A stretch of DNA of 60,819 bases, the filler included, from Sphacelaria rigidula (Eukaryota): the NCBI GenBank assembly GCA_964200075.2. It is 7 parts of 7 records of this genome, joined end to end, with 100 filler letters (N's around TTAATTAATTAA, not from the genome) between each part and the next. Parts side by side here need not be neighbours in the genome. Positions count along the whole stretch, not along the records: positions 17,409 to 26,011 come from CAXNAA020010625.1; positions 26,112 to 34,713 come from CAXNAA020010626.1; 5 more parts are not named here. The stretch is one strand, 5' to 3'. The position numbers and the translations under genes were made by a program. The notes beneath the pieces are model-generated. The model saw only the letters and a program-made list of their open reading frames with translations. It did no database searches and was not told the DNA's origin. Positions 23,628-34,813 of the stretch are shown one piece after another. The first letter of the stretch is position 1. Each line of letters begins with the position of its first letter.

Positions 23628-24103
23628 CTACGGTTCATAGCCATCGCCATACGTTTGAGCGCTTTCATGGCTTGGCTCTCGCCGTTATCCGACTTGGCTT
23701 CGTTGATGCAACCATCATCGTCGGTATCACGGGCTCTCTTCCTCCTACTGCGGGCTGGGCTCGCCTTGAGCTCACCACCCGATGATGAAGCATCCTCGCC
23801 ATCACTATCTTCGTCCACAAAACCCTCTCCAGGCGCCGACTCGTCTTCACCATCTTGTTCTTCTTCTTCTTTCACACAGATGCTATCGTTATCGCTGTGT
23901 TCACTCTCTTCCGTCTCGCCCGCGTTCGCGATGACTAGCTTCATATCGTGTTTCCAAGGCGCCAGCATATCCACCGTGATGTTGAGCCGAGAGCTCACCG
24001 CTTGCTTCAATTGACCAAATGTGTTGCACGAGTTGCCTTTCACCACCTCCAAAGTAACCGATTTGATTGACTCCCATTTGGGGAGGCTGGAATCGACCGC
24101 CAT
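23628..24103 (-). CDS. First exon of a DEK-C/HIRIP3-like acidic chromatin protein (putative)
   Basis: ATG at 24103; LPKWESIKSVTLEVVK...TFGQLKQAVSSRLNITVDMLAPWKHDMKLVI resembles DEK-C; acidic linker, basic RSRRKR, then SQAMKALKRMAMAM; AG|GTGAG donor at 23627. Confidence 0.55.
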
Positions 24104-26011
24104 TGTGAGTTGCGTGGGTTGTGGGCTGTGTACAGTATGTCGCCTGTCGGTGTGCGCGGCACTCAAAATGCTTTTCGCGTTACTAACTGCTGTTAAGAAT
24201 GAGGATAGAATACGCTTGTCTACACCATAGTCATTTTCCATCCAATCGTAAGAGAGACATGAGAGCTGACAGTCCCGCTACCAACAGCAGTTGCTGGTAC
24301 TATTGGTCGGTCGGGTACAGCACAACCGTACAGCACTCAGTGCAATACAACACCAAGACTAAATGTAGAGCACAGTACTCACGTGACTTAAGTTGGTGTT
24401 TCTACCATAGCTCTCGATATTCTGGATAGAGCAACCCATAAGACTGAGGATCGAAGCCAGCCATCGATACACGAGAGCATGTCGAAGAGAAGAGCTTCGA
24501 GAGTCGAGGTGAAGTAGGCCGCAGGTGCCGTCCAATGAACGCGTCAAATGTTGTACCTGTTGCGCAGCTACGACCTGTCCTGGATTATGCTGTTCTCTCG
24601 TGTGGAGTGTATACGACTGACCCATCGGGTTACGCATCGCCATGATACCGCGTTCTCGTCCACACGTGGCATCATCTCCAGCGCGAAACGGTGCCTATCC
24701 TCCTCCTAGCTGCTTTTCCCGTGTAGGATCCCCGCTATGTTGCAGTATCACTACAGGGAAAGTTCTGTTCTCGTGTAGTGTAGCGTAGTGTAGTATTGCA
24801 GTATGGATGGATCACTGCTGGCTATCGTCTAAATATTTGATGCTTTGAGCGCCTACTCTTCTGGTGCGCACTCGGGTAGGTAGCCTGTGACCACGGAAGG
24901 CGTCCGCATTAGATCTTGAGTACTGATGTTAGAAGGTACTGCGCAGAGATCGGAATGATTTTGAGTGTAAAGACAACAACTCTTTTCGTGAAATACCTGA
25001 ACCTTAGGGCGTGGCCAAGCGTGCTAAAAACGGAGAGATCGCCACGATGCTGCACAAGGACATGGTTGCTCACCAGAAGCGAACAACCGACTTCAAGGAG
25101 GGGTGGAAGGTGCGATACACTTCATGATTCATATCTGTAACAACTACCGACGCTACAGGACAAGTTTCGATCTCCCCAAAGTAGTCACTTCATAGTACAG
25201 TACTTGAACCTTAGACAGCGACCCCCCCGCTGGTAGACTGAGGTAGACACTCCACTTTTTGGGTTCAGAATCATTTCTTTGTCACAACTCAAAACGCCTA
25301 CTCCACGGCGGAAGGGACCGGGAGTGCATTCGAGGCACACAGTTGTGAGACTCATAACACAGACGGTGGTGTGGTTGTCGACCACCTGATTATTACACCT
25401 CATATTTTGTTGTGCAGTCTGCAGCTTACTGGATCTTACAGTGTTGACCGTGCCGAGTGTACGCAGCGTGCGTTTGGATATCGCACCATGATGATCGCCG
25501 CGAACGCCCCTGACTACCGTACAGTAATTGCTCGGTGATGGCGGTCGCCTCACCGTCGAAGTACTTGTCTACACCTACATGCGTAGGATACTCGTGGCCG
25601 CCACTCGCGTGTTGCGCCATGACGTTTCATACCAGATGGAGGTGTGGAGCTAGTAGGACGCTCAGGCAGTACTGAACAGACAGACACAGTGCACCGAAGA
25701 TGCTCGAACACCTGCTTTTTGTTGATATAATCTATGGTTGATCTGGCATGATCAAGATGATATTTGAGAGTAGATGGCGATTGTGTCTACGAGCTATTTA
25801 CCTCTACCGTAACAAAAGCGCTCATTTTGACGACCGTGATTGGTCAGAATGGTCATCCCGCGCCTCTCGGGCGTTGTGCACGGCTCATAATTTTCCACGG
25901 GAAACTTTCGAACGCACATGGTTGACTCCGTGAGCTTCTCCGATGCTCCGCGGAAAGACACCCCCCCACCACCGAAGAAACACCACTACGGAACCAGCGA
26001 GCCGGGCAACG

Positions 26012-26111
26012 NNNNNNNNNNNNNNNNNNNNNNNNNNNNNNNNNNNNNNNNNNNNTTAATTAATTAANNNNNNNNNNNNNNNNNNNNNNNNNNNNNNNNN
26101 NNNNNNNNNNN
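26012..26111. other. Artificial contig linker
   Basis: Same 100-bp spacer. Confidence 0.97.
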
Positions 26112-26303
26112 CCCTTCGAGACGGAGCAACAGGGGGGGGGGGGGGGGCGGGCGTTCTCATGTGTTGCTTGCCCTAGTCGTCTGACCATTGACCACGCATC
26201 CCCTTCGAGACGGAGCAACAGGGGGGGGAGGGGGGGCGGGCGTTCTCATGTGTTGCTTGCCCTAGTCGTCTGACCATTGACCACGCACCCCTTTCGAGAC
26301 GGA
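26112..26303. repeat. ~89-bp tandem repeat with poly-G tract (2+ copies)
   Basis: cccttcgagacggagcaaca(G)n...gtctgaccattgaccacgca repeated; inverted relative at 52218-52320. Confidence 0.7.
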
Positions 26304-26954
26304 GCACAGTATCTAGCACAGGGGGGGGGTGAACCAAACCCGATCGCTCTCGTGAACAATTTCACAATCCGTTATCTTTTAGTTTCAAGTTTTCATAGCA
26401 TTAGAACCGAAAATAAATGTGTTGTGGACAAAAAATGGTCAGAACACCCCCTGTCAACTCAGTCCGTAAGTCGTTCAATACTGAGCACAGAGATGATTCT
26501 TGTTTCGGAAAGTGGAGCAAATGGATGCCCAACATCTTCCCATCATCAAACTTCGGGATCAAACGTTGACTTGGATGAGCGGTGGCATGCGAAAATCTAT
26601 TGGAAATCGTCGACGATGAAAAAATGACCAAAATCCCCTACTTCAGCTGCAAACTACTGAAGGCACGACACGAGAACTCTCCCTGGCTGCTGTTTCGTTC
26701 GCCAGGACTGCTTTACCCTCCTGTACTGTACTGCACTGATCTGCTCTACATGTTGCTGGGCGTGTTGGCTACGGAATTCTACAGCCATGATGAGATCACG
26801 TGTTCTGTGCGACGTGTGTCGAGTGCAAAAATTCCATGTTCTGGAATTTGATATGTCGGATGTGCGGCGATTCCCTGCAGCCGCGTAGCAAACTGGAGAG
26901 GGCCGCGTGCTCTGATTCGCCATCCATCTACTCACCTTATTTTGATAATTTTGT

Positions 26955-27228
26955 TTTTTCCTCTCACCATGCCCAACGGTCGAGAGCGATCATGCCGTGG
27001 GTACACAAAACTCGACTTAACGGTCGACGAGGGAAAGGGACTGCTGATCCGCTCTCGCGATAAAAAATAAAGAAAGGCAATCACTGCAGAAGGAAGGCGG
27101 AGTACAAAAAAAATAAAAATAAAAACTTCAGTGTTGACCTTCCTCCTGTGTGACCCCGGCTGGTGCGCCCACATATACCGAAAGGTGTAGACCGGCGTCC
27201 AGAATAGATGAGACGATAACACAAACAC
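26955..27228 (+). mobile_element. SINE family A, 5'-truncated
   Basis: Homologous to 32705-32985 (gggtacacaaaa.tcgact.aacggtcgacgagggaaaggga). Confidence 0.75.
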
Positions 27229-27779
27229 CCCAAGTATCCTGGGACACGAGATACGCCCTGGTGGTGGTTCCCGTTGGTGGCGATTTCATATAAAAACCAA
27301 GATAAAACTCTTGCTTAAATGCGCTGAAAGCTACTGGGCGTGTAGCTGGCATTAAGAAAAGAACTAAGATATTTGTGATTCTCACGCCATTGGGGATGTA
27401 CATGTTTCCGACTTTTCGTTGGAGGTTTGAGAGTTAGAGCCTGAACATTTTGGGAAGAAAAGCGCAACCGACAATTTGAAGGCTACCATAATAATATTAA
27501 TATATTAGATTTTCTTTTCATCTATGCCGAAAATGAGGGCATTTGTTTTTGGAATTAAAGCCAAATGGACATACCTTTCACAAAACAAGGAAGAAAACTA
27601 AAACTACTCCCATGGTAGTTCTACAAATCGTTCATGTGCATCTCTCCTCAAAATTTCAGATCCGAACTCTCAAACCTCGGGAGAACAGTCCAGGGATGCA
27701 GTTTATTGTCTCTAATGGTCAAATGGTCAAATGGTGGTGTGGGGTCAGCCTGTACCCTATTGTTTGCTCTCCGCCTCAC

Positions 27780-27873
27780 CTTGCACCCATTGTGCTGTCC
27801 CAACACGTCCATGAAGAGGCACGCTTTTTTGTAACGATCCACATAGACCAGATTCCTCGGTAACTTGGCCTTG
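27780..27873 (-). CDS. MRPS5: Mitochondrial ribosomal protein uS5m, exon E (gene continues off contig)
   Basis: cctgcag acceptor, phase 2; KAKLPRNLVYVDRYKKACLFMDVLGQHNGCK; GTGAGG donor; matches the uS5 region after the N-terminal domain. Confidence 0.85.
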
Positions 27874-28789
27874 CTGCAGGACAAGGAAGGACGTTGAGGT
27901 TATCAGCCATCAACCATGCGTCGGCGAACGATGTGAGTGGAAAGAACACAAGGGTTCTCTCATTTCACGATAGAAAAAAGCAGAGGCGCTCTGTTCTGGG
28001 CTAGTGCCGAACCAACATATTCTTCTTCATGTTCGTTTCAGAGCCTCCATAATTTGAGACATAACATCGACATCAACAATTTTCTCCATGTCACGGGATT
28101 GGGGTCTACATACTTGATGTACGCATGCATCATCAGGGCAAACTAGGGTGCTCATCATCAGCGAGCATGGCCGATCGTGAGGGCAATCTATGCCACTAAT
28201 AGTATAGTATAATACGCAGTAGTTGCGATTAAAACTTTGGTCAACGATTCGGAGCAGTAACAATAACGGAGTCATGTGGGATAAGGGGGAGCCGAGATCA
28301 TCAGTTCATCAACGATTTCGTCTTCACTTCCCCATGCGGACCAGCATGCCATACGACTTTTTACTGGTGTCCTGTGCATGCCACACGACATTTTTCAGAG
28401 ATGAGAAAAGAGGAGCTTGTTTAGACACATCAGGGGTGTGGACGTGTATATGGCGCCTGAACAGGGGGGGCAGCCTGCGCGTGAATGCACCATTTGCTCC
28501 TGCCAAGTATGAATTTATAAATCAAGTGTATCCACGTAGAAAAAAAGGAAACGAGGATAAGTTGTCTACGGTCGGAAAAATGTCGTCAATCACCAAGCTC
28601 GAACCGCCGTGTTGTGTTCGGCGAGTCGCAATCAGGGTGGGCTGCATCCTGCTACGATTGTTCGACCGGAAGCCTACTGAGTCCTTCGAAGGAGGTAACA
28701 ACAGCATTTCGTTGTCACAAAATGAGGCACATCACTGGCCGACCATTTCCTCGTCACAAGCTAACTTCTACTTGGTTGCAAGTACTTAC

Positions 28790-28914
28790 CGGCTGGCTTC
28801 GATGACAGCGTCTGCTGGATTGCTCGCTTTGCCCATAGCGAAGCCTCCTACCCCGTTAAGGTTACCCACCACTACCAGCGCCCGGTACGAGATCTCCATT
28901 CCTCCCTTGACAGT
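28790..28914 (-). CDS. MRPS5: Mitochondrial ribosomal protein uS5m, exon D
   Basis: cacacag acceptor; TVKGGMEISYRALVVVGNLNGVGGFAMGKASNPADAVIEAS carries the uS5 signature (KGG....RALVVVGN..G..G...GKA); GTAAGT donor. Confidence 0.92.
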
Positions 28915-29221
28915 CTGTGTGACATCGGAAAGGCGCAGCGTTTCAGTGAACATGATGTGAGGTAGGGTAAAATTATGAGGTCGCCAGCGCCAGCTAAAAC
29001 ATTTGATGCCAGCAAGGGATTTTCCTGTATGTTTATGTTAACGTTACAGTAATGTAGGGTAATGTTCATGTTGACCTGCCGGTGAGAGACCCCAGCTTCT
29101 TCTTCCAACATCCTCCAAGTATTCTCCAAATGTTCTCCGAGTATTCCTAGCAAGAAGAGATTACATCAAGATTGATATTGTTCAGGATTTACATCGCACA
29201 CCAAGAAGGCGAAGTCTGATA

Positions 29222-31100
29222 CGAGCTAGGCCAGCCTCGAAGCGGATATGTAGGTTGCAGGCGGATTCTCACTCCAAATTTGAGGACTGCAAGTCAAAAT
29301 TTGGCATGCAGAATCGGTAGAGCATAGCGGAAAAAAAAATCCCTCACCCTGAGATTTTTTCTTCTGTGAGTTGAGGGCGTTTGGGTGAAACTGGAACTTG
29401 TGTTTCGCTCTCAATCCTTTTGGGACCGACCACCCACCAACACAGCGTTGATCCTGTGTTGGTAAAATAATAAAAATAAGTCTTTGAGCGATCTCCCCAA
29501 TCACGGTGAGGCGAAATTTATCGACCAGATCCGAACGACCAGCGCGGGGATTGTTGTCGAGTGTGATGCCACTGCAAAGATCGTGTAGGGGACTATCCCT
29601 GGCCCAGATAAGCCTTATCAGGTTTCCAAGTGTAGGGCGGTCGCAGCTTGGTTTTATGGTATTACTTGCATCCAGTATAGCGTTCCCGAGTTTTTCCGGG
29701 GGGGGGGGGGGGCGCAATTATATATCAAAACGTGGTAATTACACCAAAACGGGGTGAAGCGGGAAAAAACCGGAAAGGAGTGTACATGCTAAAATGTGGT
29801 CATCTTCACGAGGCACTGAACCGACGTGGGCCATGGAAAGACAACAGGAGCTACCGTCATGAATTCTGCGTATTCCTCTGCCGATGACTTGCAGTGTGCA
29901 GTTAAAGTGCACGTGGTGGGCGGGGATGAACAAGCGATATATATCTCGGTCGCTGGGAACCGCCCAGAACGTGCGAGGAAGTATGCAGCGGCAGCTGCTG
30001 CTGCAGTCGGAGAGGTGTACTACACTGTACTGTACTATACTGCCGCATGCGTCCGCGCCGCAACGTTGATACCCTCCGAACAGAATTTGCTGCATGCAAC
30101 AAAGAGAGAAATGGCGGCCCACCCTGACCACAAAGGGCTGTGTGGCAAGGTGATGAGAACCATAATATCATCCAAAGCCACAAGTGGCGGGCGGCCCGCT
30201 GGTCGCCGCATCCTGTTGCAAGCTCTCTACCGCGATCCACATTGCTTGCTATATCAGATGTACACTACCTAATCCGCCCCCTGCACCTAGAAATAGATTG
30301 GATGAAACTTTCGGTCTTCGTCATAACCCTGCGGTTACATCCGCGGATTATCAGCAACACATCACTGTTTCGTGCAGACGCCAGTCAAGTCACCCTAACC
30401 AGCCTCATTGGTCTTTCTGGAGGCCCGGTCCCAAAAGGGTCAAATAGCTCCTCATGGCAACATATATATATATACATATGTGTAGAAATGCTTTTTTTAT
30501 CCTTCTTTGTCGTTTTACCCTTCAAAAAAGAGCAAGACATATTTTGACACCTCGAAATGACTTGCTCTACTCGTTGAAACGATTCGAGGACATCTTCGCG
30601 TTTTCCGGTGGACGCAGGTTTGTTTTCTTCCCAACTTGATTTTTGTCCAAGAATGGGCGAAAACAGTAAAATCTAGAAAAAACTGTCCTTATTTTCTTCT
30701 CCCTGACTTGATCGTCTGTTAACGAAAATGCAAGTTTGGAAGAAGAAAAAAACTACGCCCACCGGAAATCGCGACGATGTCCCGGGACCGTTTCAATGAG
30801 TAGAGTAAGACATTCCAAGGTGTCAAACTCCGTCTAGCTCTCTTTTGGGGCGTAAAACGACAAAGAAGTATGAAAAAGGCATTTTTACAGGGCTTTTTTA
30901 TTTGTTTGCAACAAAAAGCGACCGTGAGAGCAAAAACTAAGTTCTAGGTTCACCAAAACGCCTCTGACTCATGGAAAAAAATCTCAGGGTGACGGAATTT
31001 CTTCTTCTGCTATGCCCTCCTGATTCTTCATGCCAATTTCTTCATTACATCTCTCAAAAATGAGGTGAGAATCCCTGATTTACAGGTTGGGCCAGCTTAC
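29222..31100. mobile_element. Inverted pair of ~150-190-bp MITE ends (29222-29413 / 30926-31100) inside the uS5m intron
   Basis: gattctcac...ggcatg.agaatc...tcaccctgagatttttt matches the reverse complement at 30926-31072; terminus TA|CGAGCT.GGCCAGC also seen at ~23095-23140 and ~50395-50438. Confidence 0.6.
29415..30090 (+). repeat. Dispersed ~670-bp repeat, copy 1
   Basis: Reverse-complement match to 54868-55541; both give similar translations (MGHGKTTGATVMNSAYSSADDLQCAV vs MGRGKTKGATVMDSVYPSADDLQCAV). Confidence 0.85.
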
Positions 31101-32185
31101 AAACGGAGCTGTCTGTTTCAGGCCATTTGGCAGCTCAGTTTCGAGACTTGGGGTTTGAAATTTTTGGTGGAGGATGGCAGGGGAATACTAAAAATATGAC
31201 AATTTTCAGGAAACTCTACTTTTTTCCCTCGTAAGTTAAGGATTTATTCAGCGGAATAAGGACCATTTTTTTTTCACAAAAATGTATTTAACTCACGAAA
31301 GAATGGTCCACGCAATCTGTTCTTGCGCTCTAGCGATTGTCATACTGTACTAAGATCTGAAAGTACAACTCTCAAAACCGAGCTGAGGTTGAGGACCACA
31401 AACAACATGAACTGTTCATAAATTGGTCTTCAACTATGAAAAAAAAAATATATATATATGGGCTACGCAGTTTTGTTTTTAGTGTGATCTTGCGATACTC
31501 CTCACCAAACCTCAAAACACAACTCTCATCTTCGAGGTGAGCATCCCAGATGTGTGCATTCAGTGCCTCTGCACGTAATATATTGATTTAGTATGGAAGC
31601 TTGTGTGCGCTATATCACTAAATAGAAAACAAACCAGGTGGATGTGAGGCTATCCATCGTTTCCCCCTGTCCCAGGGAATGGATGTTAACACCAAAGCTC
31701 ATCCTCATCCGCCGTGCATATCGTACGGGGTTTCGAATAGACTTTAGCACGGACCCAGCAGTATCCCCGTACGGAATTCACTCGACATACCGTTTGATCA
31801 ACGAGAAGGAATTTGCGCAGGCTGCGGAGTAAATGGACATCTGTCTCTTGACTGGACGAGAAATAACACGTGTGGATCACGGCCCAATTCGTGTGCGTAA
31901 CGTACATGACATACGGCTGTGAGAGCTCAAAGCCGTCTTCAGGCTGGCCCAGCTCATAGCTGTGGATGATACTTGCATTCTACGCGAGCTTTTTATTTTT
32001 AGGCCCAGCCTTGCACAAGTGCAACCACTCCATACTCGCATGCTTCGCGATCAAGGACCACATTCAGATTCATGCTTCATGCTGAGCTAAACAGTAAACA
32101 GAAGCAGAGGACGACACTCTTATGAGCATTGAACCATTGAACCCAGGGCGACTGATTAACGTGAGCACCACCAGCACTTGCTTGC

Positions 32186-32281
32186 CTTTTGTACTCGGTC
32201 GCTGTGCACCAACACCTCCGCCCAGTCACCTTGTGCCATTTCCACAAAGTCAGGAGCTGCAGCCGGCTTGCGGACTTCCAT
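32186..32281 (-). CDS. MRPS5: Mitochondrial ribosomal protein uS5m, exon C (GC donor)
   Basis: gtgcag acceptor; MEVRKPAAAPDFVEMAQGDWAEVLVHSDRVQK; AAG|GCAAGC donor joins in frame to TVKGG, restoring the conserved E..V...RV.K.VKGG. Confidence 0.8.
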
Positions 32282-32623
32282 CTGCACGGATGCCACGAAA
32301 GGGATACGAGTTGTCGGTACTCGTCAGGTGCCAGGTGTCACTTGTTAGGACTTGTCACGTTTGAGTGCACTCAGGGCTATAGACACACATGAGAAGCTTC
32401 ATCAATGAGCGATGTCAACAGGCTACAGATGCCTTGAGCACTCATGAGTACTCATGAGCACTCATTTTTTTGGCTGAGGGCGGTATTAGTAATGTTCGCC
32501 GACGGTCTTGCGTGTGCGCAACACGAACGCGTTCGCTCAAACCCCATATTTTTTTCGCTCGCGGCCAAGTTTCAATGTCGATAGATACAGACACTGCACA
32601 CTGCTGATGCACACTGCAATATA

Positions 32624-32985
32624 GCCGGTCGCCCCGGTGGCTCGGGTGGTAACCTCAGAACCTTCTGACGGTTGGGTCGAGCACTCAAATATCGGAGCGA
32701 TCTGGGATTTTTTCTCGCACCATGCCCGACAGTGGAGAGCGACTATATCGTGGGTACACAAAATTCGACTCAACGGTCGACGAGGGAAAGGGAATGCTGC
32801 ACCCCTCTCGCGATAAAAAATAAAGAAGGGCAAGCACCGTAGAAGAAAGTTGGAGTACTAAAAACGAGCAGAAAATAAAAAAATTCTGTGTTGACCTTCC
32901 CCATGTGTGACTCCGGCTGGTGCGCCCACACATATATATACCGAAAGGTATAGACAGGCGTCCACAATAGACGGTACGACAACAC
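32624..32985 (+). mobile_element. tRNA-derived SINE family A, near full length
   Basis: Head gccggtcgccccgg, A-box TGGCTCGGGTGG, degenerate B-box, acaacac tail; four other copies in the window. Confidence 0.8.
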
Positions 32986-33025
32986 TGCCGGGATCAGAGG
33001 TCGCGCTAGGGCCTCCTGAATTGTC

Positions 33026-33195
33026 CACACCCTGGACAATATATGGTCAATAAATGCAATAGACCAAAAATATACTGAATTAAGTATAGGCCTGTTGCAA
33101 ATATTGTCAATCGACAAGAGTTACAATAGATCTATACTTAATCCGGTACATTTTTGGTCTAGTGGATCTGTTGACTATTTATTGTCCAGGGTGTG
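33026..33195. mobile_element. 170-bp MITE, CACAC termini, 8-bp TSD
   Basis: TIR CACACCCTGGACAATA / TATTGTCCAGGGTGTG; flanks GAATTGTC (33018-33025) and GAATTGCC (33196-33203). Confidence 0.85.
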
Positions 33196-33292
33196 GAATT
33201 GCCCAACCCGACATGTACACGTACTCTGTGTACCGTACCTCAACGTGATGTACTTAATGGTACTGTAGTGGCAGTGTGTACTGGTCACTCAC

Positions 33293-33356
33293 CTTCTCTA
33301 TTCTCTTCCTTCTTTTGATCTCTGCGTTATTTACTTCCCTCACAAAGTCTCCTTCC
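33293..33356 (-). CDS. MRPS5: uS5m N-terminal extension, exon B
   Basis: ccttctttttgcacag acceptor, GTGAGT donor; EGDFVREVNNAEIKRRKRIEK; phases (2 in, 0 out) match both neighbours. Confidence 0.75.
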
Positions 33357-33740
33357 CTGTGCAAAAAGAAGGTCACGCAGATAAGGAACGGGGTTTGAGC
33401 GTCACTCGAGTGAACTGTGCAGAACGGCGAAACGTGACGTAATTCGTATTTCAAATGTCACCTACCACGGATATCCCAAAAGACAGCTGAAGAGCCAGCA
33501 CATCTGAAAGAGACGGGCACCGCTTCCGCAGCCGTGAACGTCTGCTTTCTTCCCAACGAATACAAATAGCAGCGTATTCAACGTCTGCTGGGAAAGAAAC
33601 CCGCGGCACCTCACGATTCGAAGAGTCACCAACGGCCCGGCCTTCATCTGAAAAGTACTTCGACGTGGGTCAGCACGCTAGCACGTCACGTCGACTTTTG
33701 AATTGTACAATTGCAGGGTCGATTATCGAGGCTCACTCAC

Positions 33741-33898
33741 CCCTTTTCTACAAGATAGTCCTCAAGGGCGTCTTCTCGAAGTAAGGTGAGTCGTCGTTCT
33801 GCTTCCTTCATCTCTTTGGCAGTCTCCGGGTCCAAATCATCGAATTCTGTTCCCTGGACTGCATCCTTGTAGCTGCTGCCTGATACGATCAACTCCGC
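33741..33898 (-). CDS. MRPS5: uS5m N-terminal extension, exon A (earlier exons not identified)
   Basis: cgtcttcag acceptor, GTGAGT donor; AELIVSGSSYKDAVQGTEFDDLDPETAKEMKEAERRLTLLREDALEDYLVEK; phase 2 out. Confidence 0.7.
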
Positions 33899-34150
33899 CT
33901 GAAGACGCACGAGACACAGGTGATGTATGCCGGCCCGGCAGGACAAAATTGGTGCTTATCTTATGGAAGTATGGAACTATGGCAGACGGACTTTTCGCTC
34001 GTTTTCGCGCATCCGGTGTTTACCTCGGTCAAGGCTGCTCACAGTAACAACACGGAAACGGCTCAAGAAAACAAGGGGGATGCTGTCCCTGCTACCGATC
34101 CTTCTCTACAACCCTGATACTGAAGCGCCGTGGACGAGGGACGACAAACC

Positions 34151-34198
34151 AAGCACAAGCACAAGCACAAGCACAAGCACAAGCACAAGCACAAGCAC
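34151..34198. repeat. Microsatellite (AAGCAC)8
   Basis: Direct count. Confidence 0.95.
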
Positions 34199-34713
34199 AC
34201 CTACAAACCTGAGAAACAGTCCGCGTTGCGCAACACTGCACTGTATTTCAGATTGTCATAGTATGGTATATGACACCTATGACACCTGGTGCAATACAAC
34301 ACCGATACACCTGTGTTGCAGTCCCATCCAAAAAGGCGTTTCTTGTGTTATCGTCACCCGAAAAGTATGACTTTAGTTATCCTTCAAAAATAATATCAAG
34401 AGGAAATCGAGTGATCTACACCCGAACAGTGACAGGACGAGGACAGCTATTGAATTCAATTAAAAAAGTGGCCACACGGTAGAGCACGTTTCTCTCGATC
34501 CACCATCGAAGCGTCAGCGATTTTGGAGGGAGTTCTTCTGTCATCGAGGGGCCTTACAGACTGGAATACGTTTTTCACCGCCGCCGATTCCCAAACACCT
34601 CATTCTGGGAGATGGGCGACGGGCGACGAGCGACGGGCGACGTACCCCATTTTGGAGGGGTAGGTACCCCCTTGATTATATGGATAATGACGATAGTAGG
34701 TACTGTACTAGAT

Positions 34714-34813
34714 NNNNNNNNNNNNNNNNNNNNNNNNNNNNNNNNNNNNNNNNNNNNTTAATTAATTAANNNNNNNNNNNNNNNNNNNNNNNNNNNNNNN
34801 NNNNNNNNNNNNN
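34714..34813. other. Artificial contig linker
   Basis: Same 100-bp spacer. Confidence 0.97.

Noticed and set aside
28636-31832. Phase-compatible plus-strand exon chain (28636-28694, 28783-28961, 30291-30371, 31676-31832), with a faint Trm44-like LFRAD motif
   Set aside because: It overlaps antisense to an unambiguous uS5 exon, no homology was recognised, and the LFRAD frame is out of phase with the chain.
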